From: Klebsormidium nitens
Taxonomy: Eukaryota > Plantae > Klebsormidiophyceae
NCBI GenBank assembly: GCA_000708835.1
Contig: DF237040.1
Span: 124,001 to 188,000, forward strand
Direction of reading: 5' to 3'
Length of the DNA: 64,000 nt
This document shows positions 13,315 through 24,326 of the stretch, in pieces. The notes under the pieces are model-generated. The model was not told the DNA's origin, did no database searches, and saw only the letters and a list, made by a program, of their open reading frames with translations. Numbering within the stretch: position 1 is the stretch's first letter; the number at the start of each line of letters is the position of its first letter. The position numbers and the translations under genes were made by a program.

Positions 13315-14073
13315 ATAACTGACAATACATGGTTGGGCAACTTGCGAAGGCAGACCAGCAATGTCCATCTCATTATGTTGGTACGCTTGATTATTACCCG
13401 ACATGAGTCCATTTTTGCAGTCAATCATGAGGACTCACAAGAATTGCCGCGTATACTTTGGTACATCGCGTACCACAACCCTGCTTGTGATGACATGGTT
13501 AATTCCTCATCAATATTCTTTGCATGCATCTTGAGGATCTCTCTTGAACTCGATCCGCTCGCTGATATATCTCAGGGTGCAGCGGCCCCCATACAGCATG
13601 TGCACTATATACACTGGGTCGATCCGTGCGATCGATCAGAGCGTCCGAGTTAAACCCGGTGTCATCATATGCAATCACCATGCCGGCCCCATAATTGATT
13701 GCACCGCATATTATCGAGGTATGACGTCCACTGTATACATGAAGCTAGCCCATCTGCAGAGTTTGTCCAAGCATATATATGCACCCTGGCGAAGTTGCCA
13801 TAGCAGAGATGCGATTGCTGCCAGCAAAATAGCCTGGAAGCAATCATAATAGCAGCACAATCTGCATGCTAAAATAAATACGGCTCATTTCTGCATGCTA
13901 GCAACCCCGGCGCAAGCTACAACAGAGCAAAAAGCACGACGACTGGATAAACAACTCATTTTCCAACTTAGTTACAATACTCTTGCATCTATGATTGTTA
14001 TATCTGTACAATTTTCGATCTGAGATCAACCACGCACTCGCACACTCCTTTTACTGATGGAAGTTGCCAACGC

Positions 14074-16488
14074 CTACTCCCCTGAAGTAAACTTCAAGGA
14101 AATCCCATTGACACAATGCCTCTCATCAGTGGGGGTGTCAAACCCTTCGCCCTGCAGCACGAAGAGCGACAAAGCAGTTCAGTAAACAGCACCCTGGGAT
14201 GCAGCAAGTCTTATTCAGAAACCAAAGGTACATTGAATCACAACCGGATGACAATATTTTCAAGAACCAGGACCGGATACCAGTGACAAACGAAACGACA
14301 AAATATGTGTCACATAGCATAGAATGCGATGCGAACATCAGCGTCTGTATGCTTAAAAACGCACTTGGACAACGTTAAACCGGAGAACAGAGGGCGATCG
14401 ATCAAAATGAGCAAGAAATCAGTCTGAAAAAATAGCAAACGCCTACCTTGAAAACGTGCCCCAAATGGCCGCCGCATGCAGTGCAAGTGATCTCGATTCT
14501 CCGGCCGTCTGGGTCAGGCTGCAATAGGGAGGATTCACAGGTCAGCCTTGACTCTGATTCTCAAAACCTGCAGTCTTTCAAAAGCTTTTGCAAGTGTCCA
14601 ACGATGTACAACCCAGCCTATTGGGTTTTCTCAAAAAAAGGAACTTGAAATGGTTTCAAAAAAAGACACTTCAGCCGTCCAAAATCAGGTTTTCTCAGAA
14701 GACGAAACTTGAAAGTATCTCAAAAAGGAAAGCTTCAGCCCTCCAAGATTAGAAGAACTGGATTTGGACTCCAACAATTGCAAGTCGACGTGGTTCGAAG
14801 CAGACCCAGGTTGCTTTTTGGAAGGATGTGTCAAGGATGTGTGACAACTTGCTGTAAGCAATGTCCAGATTAAAGAAACGAAATGGCCTTAAGCTGAAAA
14901 GAATGAAAGTCAGAAGTAAACAAGAAACATAAAGCAGAGCCCGAAAAAAGCGCAGTCACCAGCTTTTACTGCCCTTACCTCCCCTTTTTTGCGGCAGAGC
15001 CCTCCCCCTCCCCTCCCCTTCCCTTCCCTTCCCCCCTCTTCCCCTGTCCCTCATTTGGCTGCCCCACTTCTCAGGTCACCGGCCAGGTTTCTTCCAAGAA
15101 AATCCTCCGCTCCGCAATTACCTTTGTCAAGACTCACTGCTTGATGTAAAAGGTACTCCAGATGTATTCGAAAACAAGGTCAGCAAATACCCTCCCTGAT
15201 CAGCACCTCTTGTCCTAAAGGAAAGTCGAATCGAACTTGAAGCACAATCTGTATCACAATAACTGTCTCAATCGTATTGGGCAATGCTTTCTTTCAAGAA
15301 AAGACAATCACCGGAAAGAACAGTCCCCCATGAACAGCGTCAATCGACTACTGACACTCGATTGGATGACTTCCTCGTTGTTTCCCTCCATATATACCTT
15401 TTATCTAATATACTCTGTTGCGGGCTCAACAAACTGACCCCCAGGTCAATCGTCACTAAGTAACAGCGATTCAGAACAAGGAAAATAAAAAGGAAGGTCC
15501 AACTGATGCTCACGTGTCTGGTGATCGCGCCTGGAAGCCCCTCGTAGAACGCGGGCCAACCGCAGCCGGACTTGAACTTTGTGGTAGACTTGTAGAGGGG
15601 GGTGCCGCAGCCAGCGCACTCATACACACCGTCGTCGTATGTCTTGTCTAGAGGACTGCTGCCAGGATACCTGAAGTAAGCACACGCGCTAACTGTGAGT
15701 AGGTTGGAAACACTTAGCAGGGTAGGCTTGAGAAAATTTGTATGGGGTGAGTGGTACGATATATGTAACACACTAGTAATGATCGTTTATCACCATACTC
15801 AAGGCGCCTATAATGGCAAAACCGGTCATCACAGGCGCTGATCAACTGGTGCGAAGGACGCCACTGAAAATCGAAGGTAGGCCAGAATGAAGGGGCTTCC
15901 CCTGAGCGGCAGCATTTACGCACAAACCACTGTTTGAAAATCAAATATTCCATGGTACCATATCTATGAAGAAAGCTGAACCTGCATGTATTAAAATACT
16001 CCTCACCATACAAAGTGCCATAGACCTGACCTTCGGTCACAATCAACCAAAACCTCTTGCGGATTCGATATGCTGAACGACTGAACGATGCTAGCATTAA
16101 ATCAGCTGCAAACCACACAATGCTGGTCAACTCTCGCGATTTTTGGAGAGGCGGAAAAAGGAAATGCTGAAACCACTCACTCTGTGCCCTTTTGCCTTAG
16201 CACCCGGAACTGCTCAGGGCTCAGAACCGCCCGCCACTCCTGATCCGACTTCTCTACCTTGGTGGCCATTGCGCGGATCCCGCTGACGTCAGCTCGTCTC
16301 AACGTCCTGTTAGCTGGTGCAAATTTTTGAAGGGGGCACCGGCGCAGGCTGCTCAGATCAGCAGAATTGCAAAATGTCTGGATTGGGGCTGCAAAGCGAG
16401 AAACAGAATGATAGCAGCTTCTTGCAGCACAGGCACGCGGCGCGAGGGTTGCGAGAGTGAAAGAGCGGCTCGCGAGAGAGGAAGCCAT
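14074..16488 (-). CDS. MSRB: Peptide methionine sulfoxide reductase B with plastid/organelle transit peptide, ~204 aa, 4 exons
   Basis: complement join(16488..16181,15670..15514,14518..14447,14151..14074). Ser/Ala/Arg-rich N-terminus, then EWRAVLSPEQFRVLRQKGTE, two CxxC zinc motifs (ECAGC, TCTAC), GCGWPAF with resolving Cys, GHLGHVF, and catalytic RHCVN. Confidence 0.96.
15000..15051 (-). repeat. Polypurine/polypyrimidine tract with G-runs (potential G-quadruplex) in MsrB intron 2
   Basis: + strand ccctccccctcccctccccttcccttcccttcccccctcttcccctgtccc; more than four G3+ runs on the transcribed-sense strand. Confidence 0.7.
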
Positions 16489-17005
16489 GCCAGGAATCTG
16501 ATCAGAAACGTGCAGCAGAGTTTGCACTGACAAGGAAGGGAGAAAGAAAGTGAGGAGGAAAGTTCGGGGCTTTTTTGTCCGAAGTCTGAAGATTAGAGCG
16601 CCCAGCCAGGGGACGAACCCGTCATTGACGTGGACACAGCTAGGCTGTCGATATGCGATACATTTGCTGGCCGTCCGATGAGTGCCATGCTTCAAGCGGA
16701 ACTAGGTATTGGGAAGAAAAGACGAAAAGCACCGCGGGCGGTGAAGGAAAAGTTTCTGACCATTACCATGCTGCGTACTAGTTAAAGCTAAATTGGCAGC
16801 CTGCCAGGTGCAGGTGCCCATGTGCTTCATTTGAAACAGAGCAACAACTTGAAGGAGCAGGAGAACTTAGCAAGGACGACGCCACTTACCAGAACATCTG
16901 TCCTTTCACCATATTGCCCCATCAGCCCCTTTGCCTGTAGAAGCATTTTCTTGGGTCCATTGACTTGTTGGGAGCATCTCGCGCACTATAATTACAAGAA
17001 ACAAG

Positions 17006-19806
17006 ATGCCGCCCATTAGGGGGAAAGCAAGGGACGCCGTTGTGAGCATGGAAACGGATGCAAGGGGGGGTCCTGCAGGGCCGTCAAATGCGGAGGGGGG
17101 TGCAGGGCCAGAGTTAAACCTCCCCCCCAAGCCGAAGTTTGCGCCCCTGTCAGCCAAGGAAATGAGCGGAAATAAGGTGGAGTTTAGAAAAATACCGGTG
17201 CCCGCCCATAGGTATACGCCTTTGAAAGAGAACTGGCTGGCAATATATAACCCCATCTATGAGACCATGAAGCTGGACATTCGGATGAATCTGAAGGTGA
17301 GGAGCTCCTGGCCCTTGAATGTCACTAGCAAGAAGATGTCACAGTCTAATGTTTCTCATGTCCGTGTTCTTCAATATTTTGTGCTTCTTACCTTTATGGG
17401 CTTGAGAGCAATTAAAGGCGCTTCTTCTTCATGAAGCGCTGTTGGTAATGGTCTGAAATAAATGGTGGTGGTATTGTCTATTTTATGAAGCATGCTGCTT
17501 GCTCTTCAAAGGCGCCCACTGCTCCCCTTTTCAGTCAAGTGCTTTTCCTCCCTGATTCCTTGGTTGCTGTCGATGTGTTGGTTGCGGCATTCTACCCCGA
17601 CAGACAAGCATATCTGGGCTCCTACCCACCTATTTTGCTCTGCCAGTTCTGCCCTATTTTGACTATTGAGAGTTTCGCGCAAGCATTCTTTCAGCCATTC
17701 GTATGGTCTGTTGGTCTGCACGTTCTTGGGATTCTTCAACTATATTCGCTTTTAGGGTTGGTGAGAGTTTTAGGGTTTGCTATGGTCGTTGACTGCGATC
17801 TTGTGGCATCTGACTGGTCGTGTCAGTATCTCCTCAATAATCTGAGGCTTACCCTTGCTTCGTGAGCATTGGTTCTTGTATGTCGCTGGTAAGATGATGA
17901 CTTGGTCGTTCAATCCGGAGTGGATGTTTTTCTCTGATAGATCTATAACTGCGAGTTCCATATGAACATGAACCTGGGAACTGTGAACGCTGAAACCAAC
18001 AACAAAAAGGGTTAACCCGTCTTTTTCCTTCTTTTGGTTGCTCTCTACCGGTCTACCGGTGTGGTCGTCAAGACTAGCTTCGGCAAAACACTTGCACTGA
18101 GTTTTTTTCCTCGATAAGCTTTTCAAGGGCAGTCGCGGAAGGTGGCGGTTTGAAATTTTGCGAAACATCCGGGAACATGTTCCCTGTTCTTGTGGTTTCT
18201 TTCCTGGTAACTTGATATTTCTTGCAGATTAACCAACTCCAAGCAAGTAATTTTGACTTCTCTGATTCAGGCCCTCTCATTGTTTATCACTGTCTTTACC
18301 TTCAAATCGTTCTTACTATGTCGTTTTGCCTCTAGTTATGGCCTTTCACCAACTTTTCCCCCCCTCTTTCTATCCAGGCAAGGAAGGTGGAGATCAAGAC
18401 GCGAGCAGACACGGCAGACATTTCGGCCCTGCAGCGGGCGGCGGACTTTGTCCAGGCGTTCATCCTGGGCTTTGACGTCGGCGATGCAATCGCACTGCTC
18501 AGGCTCGACGATTTGTATGTGGAGTCGTTCGAGGTGAGCTGGCATCATTTCTCTTCGCTTCTTCATTCTGGCCTTTTCCCCCTCCTTTTTATGTGACCAG
18601 CCAACCTCCCGCAGTTTGTCCGGTTTCCTTCGCAGCTGAGCGTCGATGCAGCCATGAACGTTCTTGTCTGGGTGGCAGATTGAGACTGACGCTCAAGTGA
18701 GTGCAATGCATTTGTCGGTGGAGGCTTTCGGAGCTGCAGCACCGTTGGCCTCATCATGTTTCACGGCAGACGGTGTGAGGATTATGGGGGGCCTTGTGAG
18801 GATTATGGGGGGCCTTGTCGGTGGGGTCTTTTTGAATATCCAAGTTAACTCAGAGCGGGTCCTGCAGTATTAAACGTCCCTATCGATCGGTGGGACTTCC
18901 TTTAGGCCTCCCGTTTCCTGTGGTTCGCATATAGTTCGTATGTGCAACGCTTGCCAGCAACTCTGCCTCAGGGGTAGAAATGCATTCTGTTTAATCCTCG
19001 TTGGCTCTCACGAGATATTCATGAAACGGTGGCCAGCATGCCAGACTAGATCTGCTTTCGAGGCTTGGCGCTTAAACTGTTCTGCTTTGGGTTCTATATC
19101 TGTCTGTAAGCTCTTGCGGCGTATGCTGAGTCTCGTACTTCTGTGCGGGCGTGTTGTTGTCGCTTGCGTTCCACTTCGTTGTCGGCCTGTGGTTAGGTTT
19201 CGAACTTTTATTCTTCCACTGCGGCATGTTCAAATGGACTGCAGTCTTAGCTGTTCTGTAATTCCAGACCCCTTCTTCGGACATCTGAGATGTCATTTGA
19301 AAACATGTTGTTAAAGCCGGCAGACCTCCAATTCATGTAAAAGCACGAGTTGACAGTCAGGCTGTTCTCCGCTCACTTGACGGCCATTCCGGTCATCGAT
19401 GCTGAGAGGTTTGGTCTGTTACGGAGGTTTCATTGCTGTCTTTGAAGGTGTGCTCCTCCACGAGTCTGTTTGACAAAGGCCTACGCATCGTCACGAGTTG
19501 ATCAGGTTTGCTTATGGCATCTTGGGTGATCTCATATTGCAGATCAAGGACGTGAAAACGCTGCGGGGGGAGCACTTATCCCGGGCCATCGGGCGCCTCT
19601 CGGGGAAGAACGGCAGGACCAAGTTTGCGATCGAGAACTCGACTAAGACGAGGGTCGTTCTGGCCGACACTAGAATACACATACTGGGGTCGTTTGCGAA
19701 CATTCGGGTGGCTAGGGATGCGCTATGTAGTCTGATTCTCGGTTCGCCACCCGGGAAAGTGTACTCGAAGCTGAGGGCAGTGTCAGCAAGGCTCTCCGAG
19801 AGATAG
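17006..19806 (+). CDS. PNO1: Pre-rRNA-processing KH-domain protein PNO1/Dim2, ~236 aa, 3 exons
   Basis: join(17006..17296,18378..18533,19543..19806). Motifs FRKIPVPAHRYTPLKENW, LDIRMNLK, ADFVQAFILGFDVGDAIALLRLDDLYVESFE, HLSRAIGRLSGKNGRTKFAIEN, GSPPGKVY. Confidence 0.96.
17750..17778. repeat. Two interstitial TTTTAGGG telomere-like / telo-box motifs in PNO1 intron 1
   Basis: TTTTAGGGTT at 17750-17759 and TTTTAGGGTTT at 17768-17778. Confidence 0.5.
18774..18818. repeat. 21-bp perfect tandem duplication in PNO1 intron 2
   Basis: (tgtgaggattatggggggcct)x2 followed by tgt. Confidence 0.9.
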
Positions 19807-21046
19807 CCGTTGGACATGCGGGTAATGGTGAAAGCGAGTGGAATAGACGGAGTCCAGTGTGTATGTGGACGATCTCCCGGAGTGGAACCTAACAAGTCTA
19901 GGGCGTACATGTCTTTGCAGCTAGAGTGTGTGGCCCGCATGCCACGTGCCAGCCAATCTGACTCTCAATTTCATTGGAATCTGTTTGACAACTCCATATG
20001 TCAAGGTTGGTGCAACTAATAGTCCATGCACGGACCTCAGGAGAGATGGTCCGCACGTTCACAAGTCGGGCAGGGTGCTCTGGCTGTTATATGGTGCTGG
20101 CACCCCACTAGAGCTCTTGCCGCTGCGCGGCCAGACTCGACAGTGGGAGAGTGCCGCCACTAATTATAGGAAGGTACGACATCACTCTGCAGCGGTCATA
20201 TGTTCCAAAACCCTGATCGAACATGGCCCACTTTGTTGGTCTTGAGTCGTTGGACCGTCCAAATAGAACATTTTGAGATGCATGGTTGGACTGCATGCGG
20301 CCAGGCGGTCAAAGCAACATGCAGTTGCATGGAGCGTGGGTGGAGCGATCGGTTCACTCTCAGTGTCTGACGGTGCAGGTCACTTTATACACCATTTTTA
20401 TCATTCTGCCGCAATTCATCAAATTTTGGGCTCCAATTTGCCGCCATGGCGCAAATTTGACTCGGATAGCATCTTGATTACAGAATAAGCGCGGCCGGGC
20501 GGTTTCCTTGCAGCAACTATAGTACCGCGGCCGGCCGTGGCATCTGTAGAGTTGCATGTGTCCGGTCTGGTCGAACACATGGCGGCATGAGCTAGTCAAT
20601 CATGCAAGCATGGCCTAGTGGCGGCAACTCTTGATACTAAATAACTTTTTGAAATTGCCGCACGTACTACATGCGCTATTCAGGGCCCGGCGTAGTGCAC
20701 CTGTCTGCATGCCAGACGTTGTTGCGCAATGTGATATTGATGGTGCATAGTTCAGTACAGAACGTAAGGGGTTTCAGAATCTGTTACACTAAGTGCACAC
20801 CAGACGCCATCATATATGTGTACAAGCGGGACCGACGATAAATTACTAACTCTCGGGGCCTGATTCTCGTTGAGATGTCAACCGTCTTAGAACTGGCACC
20901 TTTCAATTCAACGACAAATGATGCTGAGTTTTGCAATGTGCACCATGTCGAAACCGAGACATCTTTATTGGCAACTCAAACTGTTATAGATTCCATGTTG
21001 AACCTATTCTTGAAGGTTGCTGATGCCTTGAAGGAGCTGCAAGCGC

Positions 21047-23238
21047 TTATCTTCTCTGACATTCTATGACTTCCTGCACTGACAGCTCCCGAGTCTGGCA
21101 CACCCCACAGAAAACAATAGGTCAGTTTTGATTCCACAAGTCTTACAGAGGACTGCACTCGAAGCAATCCTTCTTGGCTCACGAACAATGCTCTTTGATC
21201 TGCTTCAACCCGCTCATTCCAAGACCTAGCAACTCTTTGTACTGTGGCTTTCTCAAGTCGGTCTCGGCGTATAAGATGATGCTTAACTATGCCTATGAAC
21301 TGCCCTCGTGTAATCTGAACAGGCAGTAAACAAGCGCGGGGCCCAGATAAGCCCTTACAGAAGACAACCATGAGAGAGCTCAATCTTACACTTGTGTGCA
21401 TAGACGATAGAATACCTCTTTCAAACCTCTGAAGTCTAACAACCATATTTGTCCAGAATTTGTTGCACTAGATTACGAAGGGCTTTCAAATGCTGGAGTC
21501 ACACACCCCTGAGGCGCCTCTCATGAGCAAAATTTCCACTGGTCGACAATCTCAGTTTTGTAAAAAGTTTATTACTCACCCGGATAAAATGGTAAACCGC
21601 CCGATAGTCTGGCCATTGATTGCGCCTCCGCCCATACCTGGCCGACACCCCTGCTGCCTTCAACGCAGCCTCGATCTCTCCCCTCCTTTCCTTGCGAACT
21701 CCGACTGCTTTCTTTTGCAGGAGAGAGCGCCTCTTGTCCAGACTTTCTAGAGCTTCGATTCTGTTTAGAGTGTAGCTCGGGCTGTGTGTGCAAAACCCAA
21801 GAAACAAGCGGACAAGAGGGAGACTGATCTCCGGCAGCCGCTCCACCCTGTCAAGAACTTCTGGGATCAAAGCCCAGAACGGGGCCGGATCATCACATGC
21901 CTCCATCTCCGCCTCCAATTCCGGGTCCGACTCTGACGAGTACTCCGACTCTGAAGTTGTCTCCAACCCGGACACTGTTCCAACCTCGAATCTCTCTATC
22001 AAAGTGCTAATGCGCTTTTTCACGAGGTCCAGTTCTACCAGCACTTCACACTTCTGCAAAGACTTTGCTAATTCTTGCGTCTTTTCCCCAATCTTACGTA
22101 GACAACACGTGTCATTCTCGTCCCCAGGACCGACAGCCAGTGCATTGGGGCCCAAGTAAACCGCCAACCACGTGAGCTTTGCGCTGGCAGAGAAAGGATC
22201 TATACTCCTCCTAAATGCAAGTTCTGCTCTGTCGTTTTCTACTTTCAAAAAGAAAGTCTCGCACAACAAGTTCATGAGGTCGCTCTTCTCAATCTGGAGG
22301 TCCTCCCCAGACCCCTCAAGCGCCATGACCTCAAGAAAGGACTCTTGTGATCGACTGCCATAGCCTCCCATCATGAGATGGCCGTTTCCACAAACAGAGC
22401 CCTCAACACGAAAGCCTCTTGGGCCAAACGCTGATTCGTCGACCTCCGAGTCGTCCGAATCATCACTTGATGGATAGTACGGATGATTGTAAATGTAATT
22501 GTTCTCAAAGAAAACGTCTTCTAGCAGTTTGAATAACGGCGCCTGGCAATAAGCGCAGCAATCATCCGCTCCCTGTTGCATCAGTTCCTGCTCCTTGGAA
22601 GAAGCCTCCAGATAGGCCTCAGCGCCTGACTTTGCTGCAATTGCGGATGCAGCAAAATCCTGAACAACACCTCGAAACGCAAAGGTGCACGGCTCGTGCC
22701 CAGCCGAGTCGGGATACTCGTGCGCGCAAGGGGAAGTCACAAAGACAACATCGTCCCGAAATGGTTTCCGCAATCGGAGGTCTCGCATGACAGCCGGCCC
22801 TGTCTGAAAGCCGCTAGTCTTTTCTTCAACGTGCCCCACCAGATCCCACCAAGTATTCGTGTAAAATGCTCCCGGCCATGGCTCAGACCCCTTAGTAAAG
22901 TCCTTTAGATTCTCATAGTCGGAAGGAACCAAACCCGCGCAATAGGTTATGACCTTATAAGCTGCCAACCAACCGCCCAAAGGCGGACTGCTGGGGTCGT
23001 CATACCCCATCTGCTTGCACAAAGCAGGCGCCGCATCTAAGCATAGCAGCTTCCATGTGCTCTCCTGCATCACATTGCGCCAGTCTTTGCAGACACACGC
23101 AATGACTGCCACGTGCATAGGGCTAGGTCCCAGCTTGTAGAAGATAGCGCCCAGCAAGTCAGGCCCAAGAGTGGTGATGCCCTGTCTGGTGGCTGGAGAA
23201 TGACCAGGTGCGCTTTGGGCCGTCCGCTTTGGTGCCAT
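21047..23238 (-). CDS. EID1-like F-box protein with acidic tracts and a C-terminal extension, ~605 aa
   Basis: Large exon 23238..21580: F-box LGPDLLGAIFYKL...ACVCKDWR...WKLLC, PPLGGW..YK, PCAH, FRGVVQDF, CAYC, VCGNGH, matching the EID1/EDL family pattern. Strong donor CGG|GTGAGT at 21579 and phase-0 exons 21314..21183 and 21073..21047. The unspliced ORF would instead end at 21499. Confidence 0.75.
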
Positions 23239-24326
23239 TGCTACGAGTATGATTGATGGCTTCCCCCAAATGCTAGTGCCTTGATGGTAGTGGTTGTTAT
23301 AAAACCGCCTTCCTTTGCATGCATGGCACCATTTGACAAGAGAGAGGGACCATCGGAGAGCAGGTACTGATTCTACCGGTCCACCTACTACCCACCCTCC
23401 GTGTGCCGTTTCCTGACGCTCCAAGGACCCAGCACTGGCACGGTGGGCAGGGGCAGCAGCCAAAACGGGTCCGCGTGTTGCGACAATTCCAACGTTCGAG
23501 CTGCCGTGACGTGTTTTCTTGATCACGCAAGGTAGAATCAGTACGCCGCATTCCCAGGCCCGGCATACAAACCCGGAGCAGCTAGGGTGCGCGCTGGTGC
23601 TGCCACTAGGGTCCTAATAATAGGAAGACAGCCCATGAGCCTGCAAGGCTGAAGACAGCCTAGCTGCTTCCAGATTAAATCTGCTGCACATGCAGCCATG
23701 GGCACATCATGGCCGCTCGTGTACTTTGTCCACATTGCCGTGACAGTACAGCATGCACTAAGCCCATCAATATTGAGAGACGTCGGTGGTTGAAATTCAA
23801 AACAAGTGTGCGTTGTACTTTGAAATGGCACACGTTGGTATGTTATATGCGCGCGATCGAACGCTTTGAATTGCCAAATTGTACGATCTCGCCTCCACGG
23901 CACACATGTCATAGTTCTTCCCTAGCTGATTGGGGTCAATGGTTCTTCGGACCTAGGCGGCTTCATAAGCACATCGGCGGGCTAGCTAGTTTGCTTGGCA
24001 TCGTCATAGCTTATGATTGCACGCAAAGGGCCATAGGCTGCAAGCCCTATTGGCCTGCCTGACTGACATCTCGTCTTTGTCACTGCATTAGTGTGGTGGC
24101 GCAAACAAGTACAGACAGTTCAACGCTACAATGTTATACACCAGAATTCTTCACCAAGCAACGACGAATTTTAAACGGCAATATAGAGATCGGAATGTTC
24201 CTGTTTCAGGACTTTATACACAAATGGTAAGCAAGCTTGTTCAACAGCGGGACAAACGGATAGGGTGAACGAGCCTCCAGCTTGAGTTTCCAAACCCCGC
24301 TTATTTCTGGAATTCAAGACGAATCT

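Noticed and set aside
14074-14151. Possible selenocysteine MsrB
   Set aside because: The catalytic codon is TGT (Cys) and there is no in-frame TGA.
17886-17998. Possible box C/D snoRNA in PNO1 intron 1 (ATGATGA 17894, CTGA 17934 and 17990, 4-bp terminal stem)
   Set aside because: I could not recognise an rRNA-complementary guide, and such short boxes arise by chance. It would need a snoscan or small-RNA check.
20380-20760. Intergenic patch with repeated TTGCCGC/GCGGCA and a near-palindrome, a possible MITE
   Set aside because: No convincing terminal inverted repeats or target-site duplication found.
21499-23526. 675-aa single-exon model starting at TTG 23526
   Set aside because: The first ATG before the F-box is at 23238, and a consensus donor with in-phase downstream exons fits the 3' end better.
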